Counted from the stretch's first letter, positions 14,751-28,669 are shown. The stretch is DNA of 64,000 bases from Eledone cirrhosa (GCA_964016885.1 OZ024749.1:37076001-37140000); one strand, 5' to 3'. Notes: generated from the letters alone by a model not told the origin. Made by a program: numbers and translations.

Positions 14751-15321
14751 ATATGTGTGTGTGTGGGGGCGATTTCGATATTGTGTTGGAATAAATAGGC
14801 AATATTTTGTTTGTATATATGTATATACATATATGTATATATATATACATACACACATATATATATATAAATATATATACATATTCATATATACATATAT
14901 ACACTTTGATGAAATCGTAATTCTATTGTGTATATTTGCTTATCACCGAATTTTTGGCACCGTTAAAACTCTCCATCTATATACAGGTCACGAATAGCGC
15001 CTTTTTCTGAATCTAAATAGATTTGAATGTCACTGAAAACAAAAGGATGAGAGTTCTATGGAAAATACTTATGAGTAAACATAAGTTTTACACGAATGTA
15101 ATTAAAACTGTTTATTTATCTCTGTATATAAGTCAACGATACAATGATACATGCACACACATCACACACACACATATAAACATATATATTTATATATATA
15201 TGATATATATATATATTTATATATATTTGTATATAAATATATATTAATACTTGCATATATAAAAACATACATACATATACATATAAATCCACCCATCCAT
15301 ACGCGTACATATAAAGAGACA

Positions 15322-15358
<37 letters not shown>

Positions 15359-15391
15359 ATTTATAGATTGTATGTCTGTATGTATGTGTAT

Positions 15392-15466
<75 letters not shown>

Positions 15467-15467
15467 A

Positions 15468-15501
<34 letters not shown>

Positions 15502-15502
15502 T

Positions 15503-15538
<36 letters not shown>

Positions 15539-15548
15539 TATATACATA

Positions 15549-15581
<33 letters not shown>

Positions 15582-15661
15582 TTATATATATATATATATA
15601 TATATACAAAAATATATATATATTTATATACATATAAATATATATATACATATAAATATAT

Positions 15662-15803
<142 letters not shown>

Positions 15804-16054
15804 GGGTGTCAATATAGATCTGTGTGTACGTTTGTATTTGTATGCATGTTCGTGCGTGTAAGCGAACGCAGAGTCCGTTATTGCACATATTGTACACAAA
15901 TAATTTAATTTAACATGAATTATTTTACAATTTTTTCTCTCTGTATTATGCGTAAAAGGACTATGCATACGAACATGCATACATGCACACACGTAAATAT
16001 ATGTGTTATGTATCCATGCATGTATATATGTATGTATGTATAAATATATTTATG

Positions 16055-16100
<46 letters not shown>

Positions 16101-16114
16101 AATATATAAATATT

Positions 16115-16206
<92 letters not shown>

Positions 16207-16287
16207 CATACATGCATACAGGTATATTATTCAAACATTCAAATTCATTTCTAGTTATTGCCATTGTTGTTGTTGTCATCATCATTA

Positions 16288-16338
<51 letters not shown>

Positions 16339-16369
16339 TTGTGGCTAATAAATGAAATCATTATTATTA

Positions 16370-16714
16370 TTACAGTTGCATTTATCTTGCTTTATGTTCA
16401 TACGAGTTATCACCAAGTCACAACCAGTGACCTCAAGAGACAACAAGGTCCGCCATGTTCAAGAAAGAACATACATACTCACACATGCATCTTTAGTGTT
16501 TAGACTTGTGATGTACTTATATTGACACAATCTTCCTTAGTATATGGGCAGTTCCCATTAGAACTATCTTTTGTATTTCTCCTATACGCGGGTTTCCTGG
16601 GATTTGCGATAAGTAATCATTAGACCCCTTAGGTATCATTCCCAGAGCGCCTACAACCACTGGTATTGTTTTAGTTCTCAATTTCCACATTTTTCCAATT
16701 TCTATCTCCAGGTC

Positions 16715-16717
<3 letters not shown>
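16370..16717 (-). mobile_element. R4/Dong-clade non-LTR retrotransposon 3' end in (TAA)n
   Basis: 16717-16517 translates KDLEIEIGKMWKLRTKTIPVVVGALGMIPKG...EIQKIVLMGTAHILRKIVSI*, the C-terminus of a restriction-like endonuclease, followed by a short 3' UTR; (TAA)n on both sides. Confidence 0.85.
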
Positions 16718-16777
<60 letters not shown>

Positions 16778-16979
16778 GGGCAGTGAATTGGCAGTATCGG
16801 TAGAGCATTGGACGCCATGCTTTGTGGCACATAGTTATGGCTCTTTACGTTCTGAGTTCAAATCCCGCAGAGGTTAACTTTGCCTTTCATCCTTACAGGG
16901 TCGATAAAATAAAATACCAGTCGATTTAATCGACTTTACCCTCCTCCAAAATTGCTGGCCTTGTGCCTAAATCAGAAAC

Positions 16980-17021
<42 letters not shown>

Positions 17022-17078
17022 AGTACCAGTAATGCACTGGGTATTTGCTGGCCTTGTGCCTAAAGTAGAAACAATTAT
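16778..17078 (+). mobile_element. SINE family A full copy (16778-16983) plus 3' fragment (17020-17078)
   Basis: A-box tggcagtatcggtag, B-box gagttcaaatccc, conserved core, (ATT)n tail. Confidence 0.9.
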
Positions 17079-17082
17079 TATT

Positions 17083-17590
17083 GGTGTGTGGTGGACAAGG
17101 TTAAAAGGGTTAAAGACAGACACTTTCCTCTTCGGCGAATCCCTGATTAACTTTCTCAAGTTTCACTTGAGGAGGAAAATCAGGGTGGAGAGGCAAGTGC
17201 TGCCTTCTAGCAAGTTTGTTGAAAGGTGGGTGAATGTAGCGAGAATGGTCCGAGTGAACGGGAACGCTCTGAATATACGTCTGTAGTTTGAGAAATGGAA
17301 AAAATTAAGAAGGGGCGCTTGCCCTGGTGGTCAAGGTGTCCGTGGTCTTTTGTGTGGTTTTCGCCACGAGTAACCCTCGGAGGTTTCCCCTCTATTGGGG
17401 AATTTTTCATTGTTTGAATTTTCATTTTTATTGTTTATATATATATATATGTTTCTATGTCTTTTTTTCTTTTTTTATATAAATAATAAAAATATTTACA
17501 CACACAAAACCCACATCGTACCGTCTTGTACCGTCCTGTGCCGTCTGTAATGTTTTTCTTGATGTCAGCCCTTGTGGCCAATAAAGAAAT
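17083..17590 (+). mobile_element. L1/Tx1-like LINE 3' end (ORF2 C-terminus plus 3' UTR)
   Basis: VWWTRLKG...LINFLKFHLRRKIRVERQ...FVERW...* resembles a Tx1 ORF2 terminus. The UTR ends cccttgtggccaataaagaaa before (ATT)n; related UTR ends at ~17740-17830 and 44858-45140 (-). Confidence 0.55.
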
Positions 17591-17849
17591 CATTATTATT
17601 ATTATTATTATTTTTTTTTTTTAATGTTATGTAATTTGTTGTGTAATTTCTATTATTTTTATGTGTGTGGGGGTGCAATTTTGGGGGATTTTTTTCATTG
17701 TTCTATTATTACATCCTCTGTTCTTTGTTTTTTTTACACGCAGAAATGCCCTTTTGTACCGTCCTGTATTGTCTTGTACTGTCCTTAATGTCTACTTTGT
17801 GTAAACCCTTGTGGTTAATAAAGAAAGCATTATTATTATTATTGTTCTT

Positions 17850-18250
17850 TGAGTCTCAGTCATTGATGTTAGTTAACTGGAAAGTTTGTTGAAATGAATA
17901 TCAAGCCACTACCTGCAGCCTCAGATATTCAGGACGTATCGGAGGGTTCTTGCTGTTCCCAGCAAGCATGCCTTTTTGAAGCGTTCCAAAAAGCGTGGCG
18001 GGGCCAATTTTCTTTAACCATCCCTGGAAACTTTTTGAGATAGTACCTAGTGCGCCTATGACAATCGGGACCACTTTATCTTCATGGCAGTTCCAAATGC
18101 TTTTTACCTCCCACTTTAAGTCCTGGTATCGGTTAATTTTCTCCCTCTCCTTCTCTTGCACTCTCGTGTCGAATGGGCAGGCCACATCCACAATCAGGCA
18201 CGATCTTTTTTCTTGTCCAAAACCACCAGGTCAGGTCCATTGTGTTCCAT
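17850..18250 (-). mobile_element. R4/Dong-clade LINE fragment, RLE endonuclease domain (frameshifted)
   Basis: PDLVVLDKKK / DVACPFD...EKINRYQDL...VVPIVIGALG = PD-(D/E)xK restriction-like endonuclease motifs; (TAA)n flanks. Confidence 0.85.
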
Positions 18251-18265
18251 ATTATTATTATTATT

Positions 18266-18377
18266 GACAGACATACAGACAGACAGATATATGACAGACA
18301 GACAGACAGACAGATATATGACAGACAGACAGACTGACAGACATACAGATATATGACAGACAGACAGACAGATATAT

Positions 18378-18411
<34 letters not shown>

Positions 18412-18657
18412 GATATGACAGACAGACAGGCAGATATATGACAGACAGACAGATATATGACAGACAGACAGAAGGCAGATATATGACAGACAGACAGACA
18501 GACAGATATATGACAGACAAACAGACAGACAGATATATGACAGACAGACAGATATATGACAGACAGACAGATATATGACAGACAGACAGACAGACAGATA
18601 TATGACAGACAGACTGACAGACATACAGATATATGACAGACAGACAGACAGATATAT

Positions 18658-18703
<46 letters not shown>

Positions 18704-19258
18704 GATATGACAGACAGACAGACAGGCAGATATATGACAGACAGACAGACAGATATATGACAGACAGACAGACAGGCAGATATATGACAGACAGACAGAC
18801 AGACAGATATATGACAGACAAACAGACAGACAGATATATGACAGACAGACAGATATATGACAGACAGACAGACAGGCAGATATATGACAGACAGACAGAC
18901 AGACAGACAGATATATGACAGACAGACAGATATATGACAGACAGACAGACAGATATATGACAGACAGACAGACAGACAGATATATGACAGACAGACAGAT
19001 ATATGACAGACAGACAGACAGACAGATATATGACAGACAGACAGATATATGACAGATATATGACAGACAGACAGACAGACAGGCAGATATATGACAGACA
19101 GACAGACAGATATATGACAGACAAACAGACAGACAGATATATGACAGACAGACAGACAGACAGATATATGACAGACAGACAGACAGACAGACAGATATAT
19201 GACAGACAGACGGACAGATATATGACAGACAGACAGACAGATATATGACAGACAGACA
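18266..19258. repeat. (GACA)n-GATATAT compound minisatellite
   Basis: Variable runs of gaca punctuated by gatatat over ~1 kb. Confidence 0.95.
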
Positions 19259-20004
19259 TGAAGTTATGTTACTGTCAGACATAAGAGAGTTATCTACCTT
19301 AGATTCCGGGGAATAAAGTGAAAACAATAATACAAATCTGAACAAGAAACCCAAAATATATTTTTATCGATTTATAGAGTGGGGGAGTGAAGAGAAGGGG
19401 AGAGAAGGGGAGAGATAGAGAGGGGGTAAGAGACGGAGGGATATGGGGAGAGGAGATAGAGGAGGAGAGGAGATAGAGGGAGAGAAGATGAGAGATAGGT
19501 AGAGAGAGGGGAAAGAGGTGGAGGGAGAGGGAGAAAGGCGATAGAGATAGATAGAGGAAGGCAAGAGACGGAGGGAGATGGGGAGAGGAGATAAAGAGAG
19601 TGGAGGAGATGAAGGGAGAGAAGGTGAGAGATAGATAGAGAGGGGGAAAGATAGACGGAGGGAGAGAGGGTGAGAGATAGATAGAGAGGGAGAAAGAGAC
19701 GGAAGAAGAGGGGAGAGGAGATAGAGGGGGAGGGAGAGACGGAGGGAGAGGGAGAGAGAGAAAGATAGATGTTATGAGTGAGAACAGAAGGGAAAAAATA
19801 TATACATATATATAGAGAGAGTGAACAGTACTTTCTGTGTATATATATATATGTGTGTGTGAGTGCGTATGTATGTCTGTATGTGTGTGTGAGTGTGTAT
19901 GTATATGTATATGTGTGTGTGTGTATGATTGTGTGTGTGTGTGTTTGTATGTCTGTATGGTTGTGTGTGTGCGTAGCTCTGTATGTATATATATGTATGT
20001 GTGA

Positions 20005-20053
<49 letters not shown>

Positions 20054-20057
20054 GATG

Positions 20058-20092
<35 letters not shown>

Positions 20093-20205
20093 ATATGTGT
20101 GTGTGTCTGCGTGTGTGTGTGTGTGTGTTTGTATGTCTGTATGGTTGTGTGTGTGTGCGTAGCTGTCTATGTATATATATATACTTGTATGTGTGAGTGT
20201 ATATG

Positions 20206-20250
<45 letters not shown>

Positions 20251-20254
20251 TAAA

Positions 20255-20289
<35 letters not shown>

Positions 20290-20293
20290 GATG

Positions 20294-20396
<103 letters not shown>

Positions 20397-20413
20397 ATGT
20401 GGGTGTCTGTCTG

Positions 20414-20485
<72 letters not shown>

Positions 20486-20505
20486 TGTGTGTATGTGGGT
20501 GTCTG

Positions 20506-20591
<86 letters not shown>

Positions 20592-20603
20592 TGTGTGTGT
20601 GTG

Positions 20604-20643
<40 letters not shown>

Positions 20644-20975
20644 TGTGTGTATGTGGGTGTCTGTCTCTCTGTGTGTGTGTGTGTGTGTAGCTGTGTCTAA
20701 AGCGCCAGAAGATTGTTTGTTTGCTCTGCAGATAATTATGCATATTTGTGTGCAGCAGTTCATTACAGCATGTGAATGTATCGCTCGGATGAAGGATACA
20801 GCAAAACATTGCTCCCTTTAGATACAATTTTTCCACTTCTGATATTCTGAGATGACAGTAGACAGGAGGAGAAGGGCATGAAGTCAGAGAGATAGAGATA
20901 ATGTAGGGGGTGAGATGAGAGAGAGAGAGATGGATAGAAGGGTACACACACACACACACACTCGCACGCACACAC

Positions 20976-21132
<157 letters not shown>

Positions 21133-21167
21133 GAGAGGGGGAGAAGGGGGAAGGGAGAGAGAGATAT

Positions 21168-21211
<44 letters not shown>

Positions 21212-21297
21212 TGATAGATAGAAAGGTAGATATATAGATAGAGAGATAGATAGAGAGAGATAGAGGGGGAGAAGAGGGGAAGGGAGATAGAGATAGT

Positions 21298-21335
<38 letters not shown>

Positions 21336-21539
21336 CATAGATTGATTGATAGATAGAAAGGTAGATATATAGATGGAGAGATAGAGATAAGGAGGGAGAG
21401 TGAGAGGTTGGGAGCGAGACAGAGAGAAATTGGGAGATAAACACAGAATAAAAGAGAGAGATAGTTATATTGTCAAATTATATGATATATAAAGCTAAAA
21501 GAATGAAAAAAGGGGTCCAGGAGATGGGGAGAGAGAGGG

Positions 21540-21575
<36 letters not shown>

Positions 21576-21872
21576 AAGAAAGAGAGAGAGAGAAAGAGAG
21601 GGCGTGGGAGAATGAGACATGCTAAGAGGAGTTTGAGATTGAAGACGTGTGCTATGACATTAAAAGCAATTGTTAGTTTGGGTATTACTTTTTATTAGAG
21701 ATTTCTTCAACAGGGGCGATAATATTATGTTAGCCACACTTTTACGTAAATCTACCTTTCAAACAACTACAATTTACTTTTCATATATAGACACGCAGAT
21801 AGATACTTAGATATATTTATACAATACACACATTTACACCCTTATATATGTCTGTTTCTGTGTATGTAAATA

Positions 21873-21907
<35 letters not shown>

Positions 21908-22125
21908 GAAGTAATACCGTCGGAAAAGTCCAGGAAACCTGCAACTTCATCCTGGATTTGTTCTCGTATGATTTGAACTAGTGATCTTGGACTTCATAGA
22001 TGGGCAACAAGAGTAACTGATCACTGGTAAATGGAATAATTGCCTTATGTTGTTTATTACATAACTATATATATATATATATATACGATATTAATAAATG
22101 GAAACTATATTTATAAAACCATATT

Positions 22126-22190
22126 TATTTCATTATACATATTTCAGGGATACCAAATTAAATTATGGTATGCCTTCATCAGACAAAATA
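22126..22190 (-). ncRNA. Minimal type-I hammerhead ribozyme (H2)
   Basis: UAUUUUGU-CUGAUGA-AGGcAUACCA..UGGUAUcCCU-GAA-AUAUGUAU-A-AUGAAAUA. Confidence 0.85.
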
Positions 22191-22232
22191 CAATATATAA
22201 CAGTTTTATAACAGTAAAACTGTTATATATTG

Positions 22233-22297
22233 TATTTTGTCTGATGAAGGCATACCATAATTTAATTTGGTATCGCTGAAATATGTATAATGAAATA
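22233..22297 (+). ncRNA. Minimal type-I hammerhead ribozyme (H2)
   Basis: Mirror copy of 22126-22190 with one stem II substitution (cgct vs ccct). Confidence 0.8.
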
Positions 22298-22538
22298 AAT
22301 ATGGTTTTATAAATATAGTTTCCATTTATTAATATCGTATATCTACTCCAAATACTTGTCGAGTGCTTTATATCAGTTATAAACATATTTACTTGTTGTA
22401 TCCCAACAATTTTAAATAGAACTTTTGCATATATATATTTATATATATATGTAGGAGGTGAGTTTTATTGTAGTACAATATGTTGATTTAAAACTGCACT
22501 ATTCACAAGTGTTTTTTAACCTTCATATCATGTCTCCC

Positions 22539-22609
22539 TATTTTATCTGACGAAAACGCAAATGTTATTGCATGATGATATTTGTTTTTGAAATGCGCAT
22601 AATAAAATA
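22539..22609 (+). ncRNA. Minimal type-I hammerhead ribozyme in a separate TA-flanked element (~22451-22640)
   Basis: UAUUUUAU-CUGACGA-AAAcgCAAAUGUUAU..AUGAUAUUUGuuUUU-GAA-AUGCGCAU-A-AUAAAAUA: perfect 8-bp stem I, perfectly palindromic stem III. Confidence 0.85.
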
Positions 22610-22639
22610 CATGGAACTCTTTTAACCATCTTTTGATCT

Positions 22640-22746
<107 letters not shown>

Positions 22747-22892
22747 TATATTGAGTATATGTTGGTTGTTTACCGACACCTCAGTATGCAGATTGGAGCA
22801 CTCGACGAAGTACGCAGGTTGGTTTGGTTACTCCGGAGTAATGTAAAATAAAGTAAAGTAATAGTTGACTTAATTTCTTTATTTTATATATA

Positions 22893-22941
<49 letters not shown>

Positions 22942-22971
22942 TATATATATATATATATATATACACATGTG

Positions 22972-23056
<85 letters not shown>

Positions 23057-23830
23057 ATGTGTGTATGCGCGAGAGGTGTAAGTAGATTGGAGTTGCTAAA
23101 ATTGGAAAATTATTCAATTTGAGACAGTGTATTTATGAAACAAATGAAGAATTACATCATGGCAGTAGTAGCTATATACATTTATACCACACACATATAA
23201 CTTTATACTCTTACACGATCCAACCACTGCCTGTGGCGATGTTGGGAAGCCGCCATTGTTATGTCCATATTTTCCCCTACAGTTGTTCAAATTTAAACAT
23301 TGGCTGCATCAATCTTATAAGCCTAAAATACACTACAAATGGCAAGCCGACTATCAATCTCCTACAAATTATACCATAATATTAAATCAAAGTTTTAGTG
23401 ATACCGTAACACTTGCCGATCCCGTGATTCTCCAGGCTAGTGATACTTCTAAATTTTGTCCAGCCAGCGAACGGAACTTTTGTTATTCTGAACAAAAATA
23501 TTGGGTTGTAAAGTGAAATTTGTAGAAATTTGTTTATTTGTTACACATTTCTACAAACTCCATACTTGACGAGACCCAATATTTAACATTCGAAGCTTCG
23601 GTGTTGCGACATTTCGATATGAGTGACATCAATACACCGACTACCTGGTATTAATAGTATGATGATATGCTGACTAATACTTAGAGTGTACGGCCATGCA
23701 TCCAGCTTAGAAGGGTCGTTTGAGCACAACCGGGTGGAGTAGTGTACCAGCTGTCTCCAGGGTCGTGAACGTACTGGAAAATGGAGAACTGTACCACCTC
23801 CCTCAATCCATCTTTGCAACAAGCGTCTTT

Positions 23831-24622
23831 GGGGCTCCGCGGGATAGAACAATGTACCCCTTCCCTCGATCGATCTTTCCCGCAAGCCAGTACTTGGTTT
23901 GTCTTGATAGGTTTACCTCTTGCGTCGTTGGGGCTCCGCGGGATAGAACAATGTACCCCATCCCTCGATCGATCTTTCCCGCAAGCCAGTACTTGGTTTG
24001 TCTTGATAGCTTTACCTCTAGCGTCGTTGCGGCCCCGCAGGATAGAACAATGTACCCCATCCCTCGATCGATCTTTCCCGCAAGCCAGTACTTGGTTTGT
24101 CTTGATAGCTTTACCTCTAGCGTCGTTGCGGCCCCGCAGGATAGAACAATGTACCCCATCCCTCGATCGATCTTTCCCGCAAGCCAGTACTTGGTTTGTC
24201 TTGATAGCTTTACCTCTAGCGTCGTTGCGGCCCCGCAGGATAGAACAATGTACCCCATCCCTCGATCGATCTTTCCCGCAAGCCAGTACTTGGTTTGTCT
24301 TGATAGCTTTACGTCTAGCGTCGTTGCGGCCCCGCAGGATAGAACAATGTACCCCATCCCTCGATCGATCTTTCCCGCAAGCCAGTACTTGGTTTGTCTT
24401 GATAGCTTTACCTCTAGCGTCGTTGCGGCCCCGCAGGATAGAACAATGTACCCCATCCCTCGATCGATCTTTCCCGCAAGCCAGTACTTGGTTTGTCTTG
24501 ATAGCTTTACCTCTAGCGTCGTTGCGGCCCCGCAGGATAGAACAATGTACCCCATCCCTCGATCGATCTTTCCCGCAAGCCAGTACTTGGTTTGTCTTGA
24601 TAGCTTTACCTCTGGCGTCGTT
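23831..24622. repeat. 99-bp tandem array, 8 near-identical units plus degenerate flanking units
   Basis: Unit starts at 23831, 23930, 24029 ... 24524; degenerate partial unit at 24623. Confidence 0.97.
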
Positions 24623-24970
24623 GGGGCTCTACGGGATAGAGCGACGGACCACCTCCCTCCAACTTTGCTGCAATCAGAACTTCGTTTATCGTCAAGCTTT
24701 TACCTGCTGGGTCCTGGGGCACTGCATGGTGGAGCAGTATATCGCACCCATCTATCGATTCTTTCCGAAATATTATCCTCCCATTTGCTTCTTCTTGCAT
24801 CCTTGATTTTCTTACCCTGAACAGTTCCTTGGATGATGGTCTTCATCAATTCATCTAGTCGTGTGACTATACCATCTCATTTTCTTTTCTTTATAATAAC
24901 TAGTGGGTCTTCATAGTTTCTCACCTCTTGCCTGATAGCTGTGCAAATGCTTTTATTTTTGTTGTTAATG
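24623..24970 (-). mobile_element. RTE-clade LINE 3' coding remnant
   Basis: Minus strand: ...YEDPLVIIKKRK/MRWY/GIVTRLDELMKTIIQGTVQGKK...KWEDNI, a typical RTE ORF C-terminus with frameshifts. Confidence 0.75.
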
Positions 24971-25075
24971 TATTCCATGTAGATGTCCATGATGTTCACT
25001 GTCGTACCTCATTACGAATGTTAGTATTTAGCCGTTGCAATTCCACCGTGAGCAGTCTCATCTCAGAAATATACA

Positions 25076-25253
25076 CCCTATTTCCAAGCGCCGGAGACGC
25101 TTCGTCCTCGACGATGCACCTTAATTTTCATAACCAAAAATTTGAAAAAAAAAAAAAAAAAAAAAATAACCTTCGGCCTCCAGGACGCATGGTAGACTTT
25201 TTGAGACTTATTTGGGGGAAAAAAAGCAGGGTCTTCGACGCTGGGAAATACGG
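25076..25253. mobile_element. pogo/Tigger-like MITE
   Basis: Imperfect TIRs ccctatttccaagcgccggagacgc / gggtcttcgacgctgggaaatacgg-TA, of the TA-CCGTATTT... Tigger type. Confidence 0.6.
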
Positions 25254-26105
25254 TAAAGGGATAGAAAGCTCTAGAGCATGCATGAGAATAAACAAGGATT
25301 TTTGCTAGATGAAACGGAAGATATAGTGAATGCTTCAGATGAGAGATCGTGGTACAGCGGAACTGATGTGTTTAAGATAGCTTTTATAATATTTTTAAAC
25401 AAGATATATTGCACATGACTTCCATGCCACTTCAGCTCCACACAAAAAAATATATTCAACTATAAATAAAAAGTAAATTCGTGTCTGATCGTTTGCAGTT
25501 AATTACTAATTAGATTTTCAAAGTTTGTCAAAGTATTATTTCACACAATATATTATTTTTACAGACATGACTTATATATATAGATATATAGAGGGGGGGG
25601 GGGGTATGCATGCATGTATGTAGAGAGAGTGAGAGAGAAAGAGAGAGTTGTGTATGTATATACATATGTATATATGTATGAGTATGTTTGTATATACATA
25701 CACAAAGAGATAGTGTTGAAGGGATGACTAGATGTCTTTTGTCTGTGTGTATATGTTTCCGAGTATGTGTGTATGTGTTTGCGTGTATGTATGCGTGAGA
25801 ATGTGTGAATCAATATGGAAGCCAAATTAAAGTTTATTTCAATGAAATACGATTCTCAATTTCGTCAAAATTGAAGACACGAACCCTTTCCTTTGAAAGC
25901 TTTGATCTAGTTAATTACGCAGGCTGGCAGTTCATATATATATATTTATATATATATATATTGTATGTATGCATATATATATATATACATATTTAAATAT
26001 ATGTATGTATATATATATATATATAAGTATATATATATATATATAAGTATATATATATATATATACATATATATGTATATATATATTTATATATATATAT
26101 GTATA

Positions 26106-26150
<45 letters not shown>

Positions 26151-26349
26151 GTACATATATATATGTATATATATATATATATATATGTGTGTATATATAT
26201 ATATGTATCTATATCTCTCCCTATATATATTTATATATATATATATGTATATATATGTGTGTGTGTGTGTGTATATATATATATGTGTGCGTGTGTGTGT
26301 ATATGTATATATATATATGTATATGTAGGTATATATATATATACAAATA

Positions 26350-26573
26350 TAACGAAGGAGGTGTGGTAAGGGACCTGATGGACCATAACGCACCAGGGTG
26401 ATAGAGTGGGTAATAGGAAATGTTTAACCCCGACGACAGAGCGCAAGCCGTTTCGACGGCTATTTCTGGACTTAATTGTAAGTTGTGATTTTGCTGTTCC
26501 ATTCATATTTTCTATCTAATTTTGGTTGGAGTTCATTTTGAATGGAACAGCAACATCACAACTTACAATTAAG
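26350..26573 (-). mobile_element. Family H3 copy fused to a 35-bp-arm hairpin
   Basis: 26350-26470 is homologous to 716-855; 26471-26505 is the reverse complement of 26539-26573. Confidence 0.7.
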
Positions 26574-26748
26574 GACAAAATAAAACCCACACACACACAT
26601 AGAACAAACAACCAACCAGTAACATGTAAATAAACAAATAAATAAACAAATATAAACACACACAGACACCCGGATGTAACACATGCGCAAACTAAGCACA
26701 CAACACAGACAAAAACAAGATGCACAAAAACAAAGAAAAGAATCCCCA

Positions 26749-26791
26749 GTCACTGAAGAGGTCACAGAATGTGTGACGAAAGAACTTTGAC
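26749..26791 (+). ncRNA. Minimal hammerhead ribozyme, slightly degenerate
   Basis: GUCA-CUGAAGA-g-GUCACA gaaug UGUGAC-GAA-AG aa CU-U-UGAC; one unpaired G at the base of stem II, CUU site. Confidence 0.7.
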
Positions 26792-26871
26792 AATATATAA
26801 ACAATCGTCTGGTTGTGGAACCAACCAACCAACCGGAAATTTATAAATTCCTAAATTTATAAATTTAATTT

Positions 26872-27058
26872 ATAATTGCTATTACTTTTGGCACAAGGCC
26901 AGCAATTATCCCAGTGTATTACTGGTACTTTATTTTATCGACCCCGTAAGGTTGAAAGGCAAAGTTAACCTCGACGGGATTTGAACTCAGTCCGTAAAGG
27001 GACGTAACTGTGCTGCAAAGCATGGCGCCCGACCCTCTACCGATACTGCCAATTCACC
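26872..27058 (-). mobile_element. SINE family A
   Basis: Reverse-complement family match including A and B boxes. Confidence 0.9.
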
Positions 27059-27185
27059 AATAAATTGAAGCGAAACAACTGGTGCGTGTGTTTCTTATTG
27101 GCAGCATGACCCTCCCAAAGCATAACAATATCGGTTTCAACACACGTTTTCAGATATAGAATCTTGCTAAACAAATTGAGAAACG

Positions 27186-27266
<81 letters not shown>

Positions 27267-27394
27267 AAAGTTCTATTTAAAATTGTTGGGATACAAGAAG
27301 TAAATATTTTATAACTGATATAAAGCACTCGACAAGTTTTTGGAGTAGATATACGATATTAAATAAATGGAAACTATATTTATAAAACCATATT

Positions 27395-27459
27395 TATTTC
27401 ACTATACATATTTCAGGGATACCAAATTAAAATATGGTATGCCTTCATCAGATAAAATA
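27395..27459 (-). ncRNA. Minimal type-I hammerhead ribozyme (H2)
   Basis: UAUUUUAU-CUGAUGA-AGGcAUACCA..UGGUAUcCCU-GAA-AUAUGUAU-A-GUGAAAUA. Confidence 0.85.
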
Positions 27460-27596
27460 CAATATATAAACAGTTTTATAAATAATTTTGACGTACCCTA
27501 TTAGATGCAACCATTATCTATCCAGACAGCTTCCAAAAATAATGGTTGCATCTAATAGTGTACGTCAAAATTATTTATAAAACTGTTTATATATTG

Positions 27597-27661
27597 TATT
27601 TTATCTGATGAAGGCATACCATATTTTAATTTGGTATCCCTGAAATATGTATAGTGAAATA
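27597..27661 (+). ncRNA. Minimal type-I hammerhead ribozyme (H2)
   Basis: Identical mirror of 27395-27459. Confidence 0.85.
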
Positions 27662-27692
27662 AATATGGTTTTATAAATATAGTTTCTATTTA

Positions 27693-27733
<41 letters not shown>

Positions 27734-27737
<4 letters not shown>

Positions 27738-28116
27738 AAAGAATAGAGGTGTAACACACAAGTTATTATATATTGGTAAACGGAATAGAAAATGCTGACA
27801 AATTGTTCACAGTTGAAAAATGGTTTAATTAGGAATAAAAGAGTATTAGTGATTGTATGGGTTAGTATTCAGTTGTGGTTTTAAGTTTTTAAGTTTTTAC
27901 CGGTTGCGCATTTCTAAATGCTTTTCAAAAATAATTTTGAGATAGAGTGTCCGTGCTGTTCAAACAGCACGGACACTCTATCTCAAAATTATTTTTGAAA
28001 AGCATTTAGAAATGCGCAACCGGTAAAAACTTAAAAACTTAATACTCTTTTATTCCTAATTAAACCATTTTTCAACTGTGAACAATTTGTCAGCATTTTC
28101 TATTCCGTTTACCAAT
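27734..28116. mobile_element. Fold-back element in (TA)n without a complete HHR
   Basis: 27767-27960 pairs with 27963-28120 around a 2-nt loop; 35 nt (27848-27882) is absent from the right arm; the left arm is ~33 bp longer. Confidence 0.85.
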
Positions 28117-28132
28117 ATATATATATATATAG

Positions 28133-28208
<76 letters not shown>

Positions 28209-28468
28209 GCATACATGCATATATATATTCTTTTTTGTACATATTTGCGAATTTGTCAATATGTACGAATTTATATATACATGTTTGCATATATATATAT
28301 ATGCAAACATGAACAATATATATAAATTTGTACATATAAGCCATACATATTCAAACATACAAGCGCAAACTCTCTCACACACATATACAATATACAGAGA
28401 CACTGATACATTGACACACACGTCCATACTACCACATACTCGAGTGTACAAAAACACGTAGAGGGACA

Positions 28469-28511
<43 letters not shown>

Positions 28512-28537
28512 ACACCCACACACACACCCACACACAA

Positions 28538-28574
<37 letters not shown>

Positions 28575-28669
28575 CATATATATATACATACATACAAATA
28601 CACACACGTATATATATAATATACATATATATGTATATATATACATACATATCTATCTAACTACATCTA

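Larger units (their letters stand above)
22086..22428. mobile_element. Fold-back dual-HHR element, family H2
   Basis: 22081-22208 is the reverse complement of 22215-22342 (one mismatch seen), 6-nt loop taacag; the right arm extends ~86 bp further to ...tagaacttttgc; (TA)n on both sides. Confidence 0.9.
27264..27698. mobile_element. Fold-back dual-HHR element, family H2 (opposite orientation, longer arms)
   Basis: ~27356-27517 pairs with 27539-27700, 21-nt loop; left extension 27264-27355 equals the reverse complement of ~22335-22428. Confidence 0.9.

Noticed and set aside
22752-22885. HHR in a TA-flanked fragment (ctcgacgaag...ttactccggagtaa)
   Set aside because: No intact CUGANGA/GAAA core.
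23720-24820. 366-aa and 341-aa repeat proteins
   Set aside because: By-product of a stop-free 99-bp unit; adjacent sequence is LINE debris on the opposite strand.
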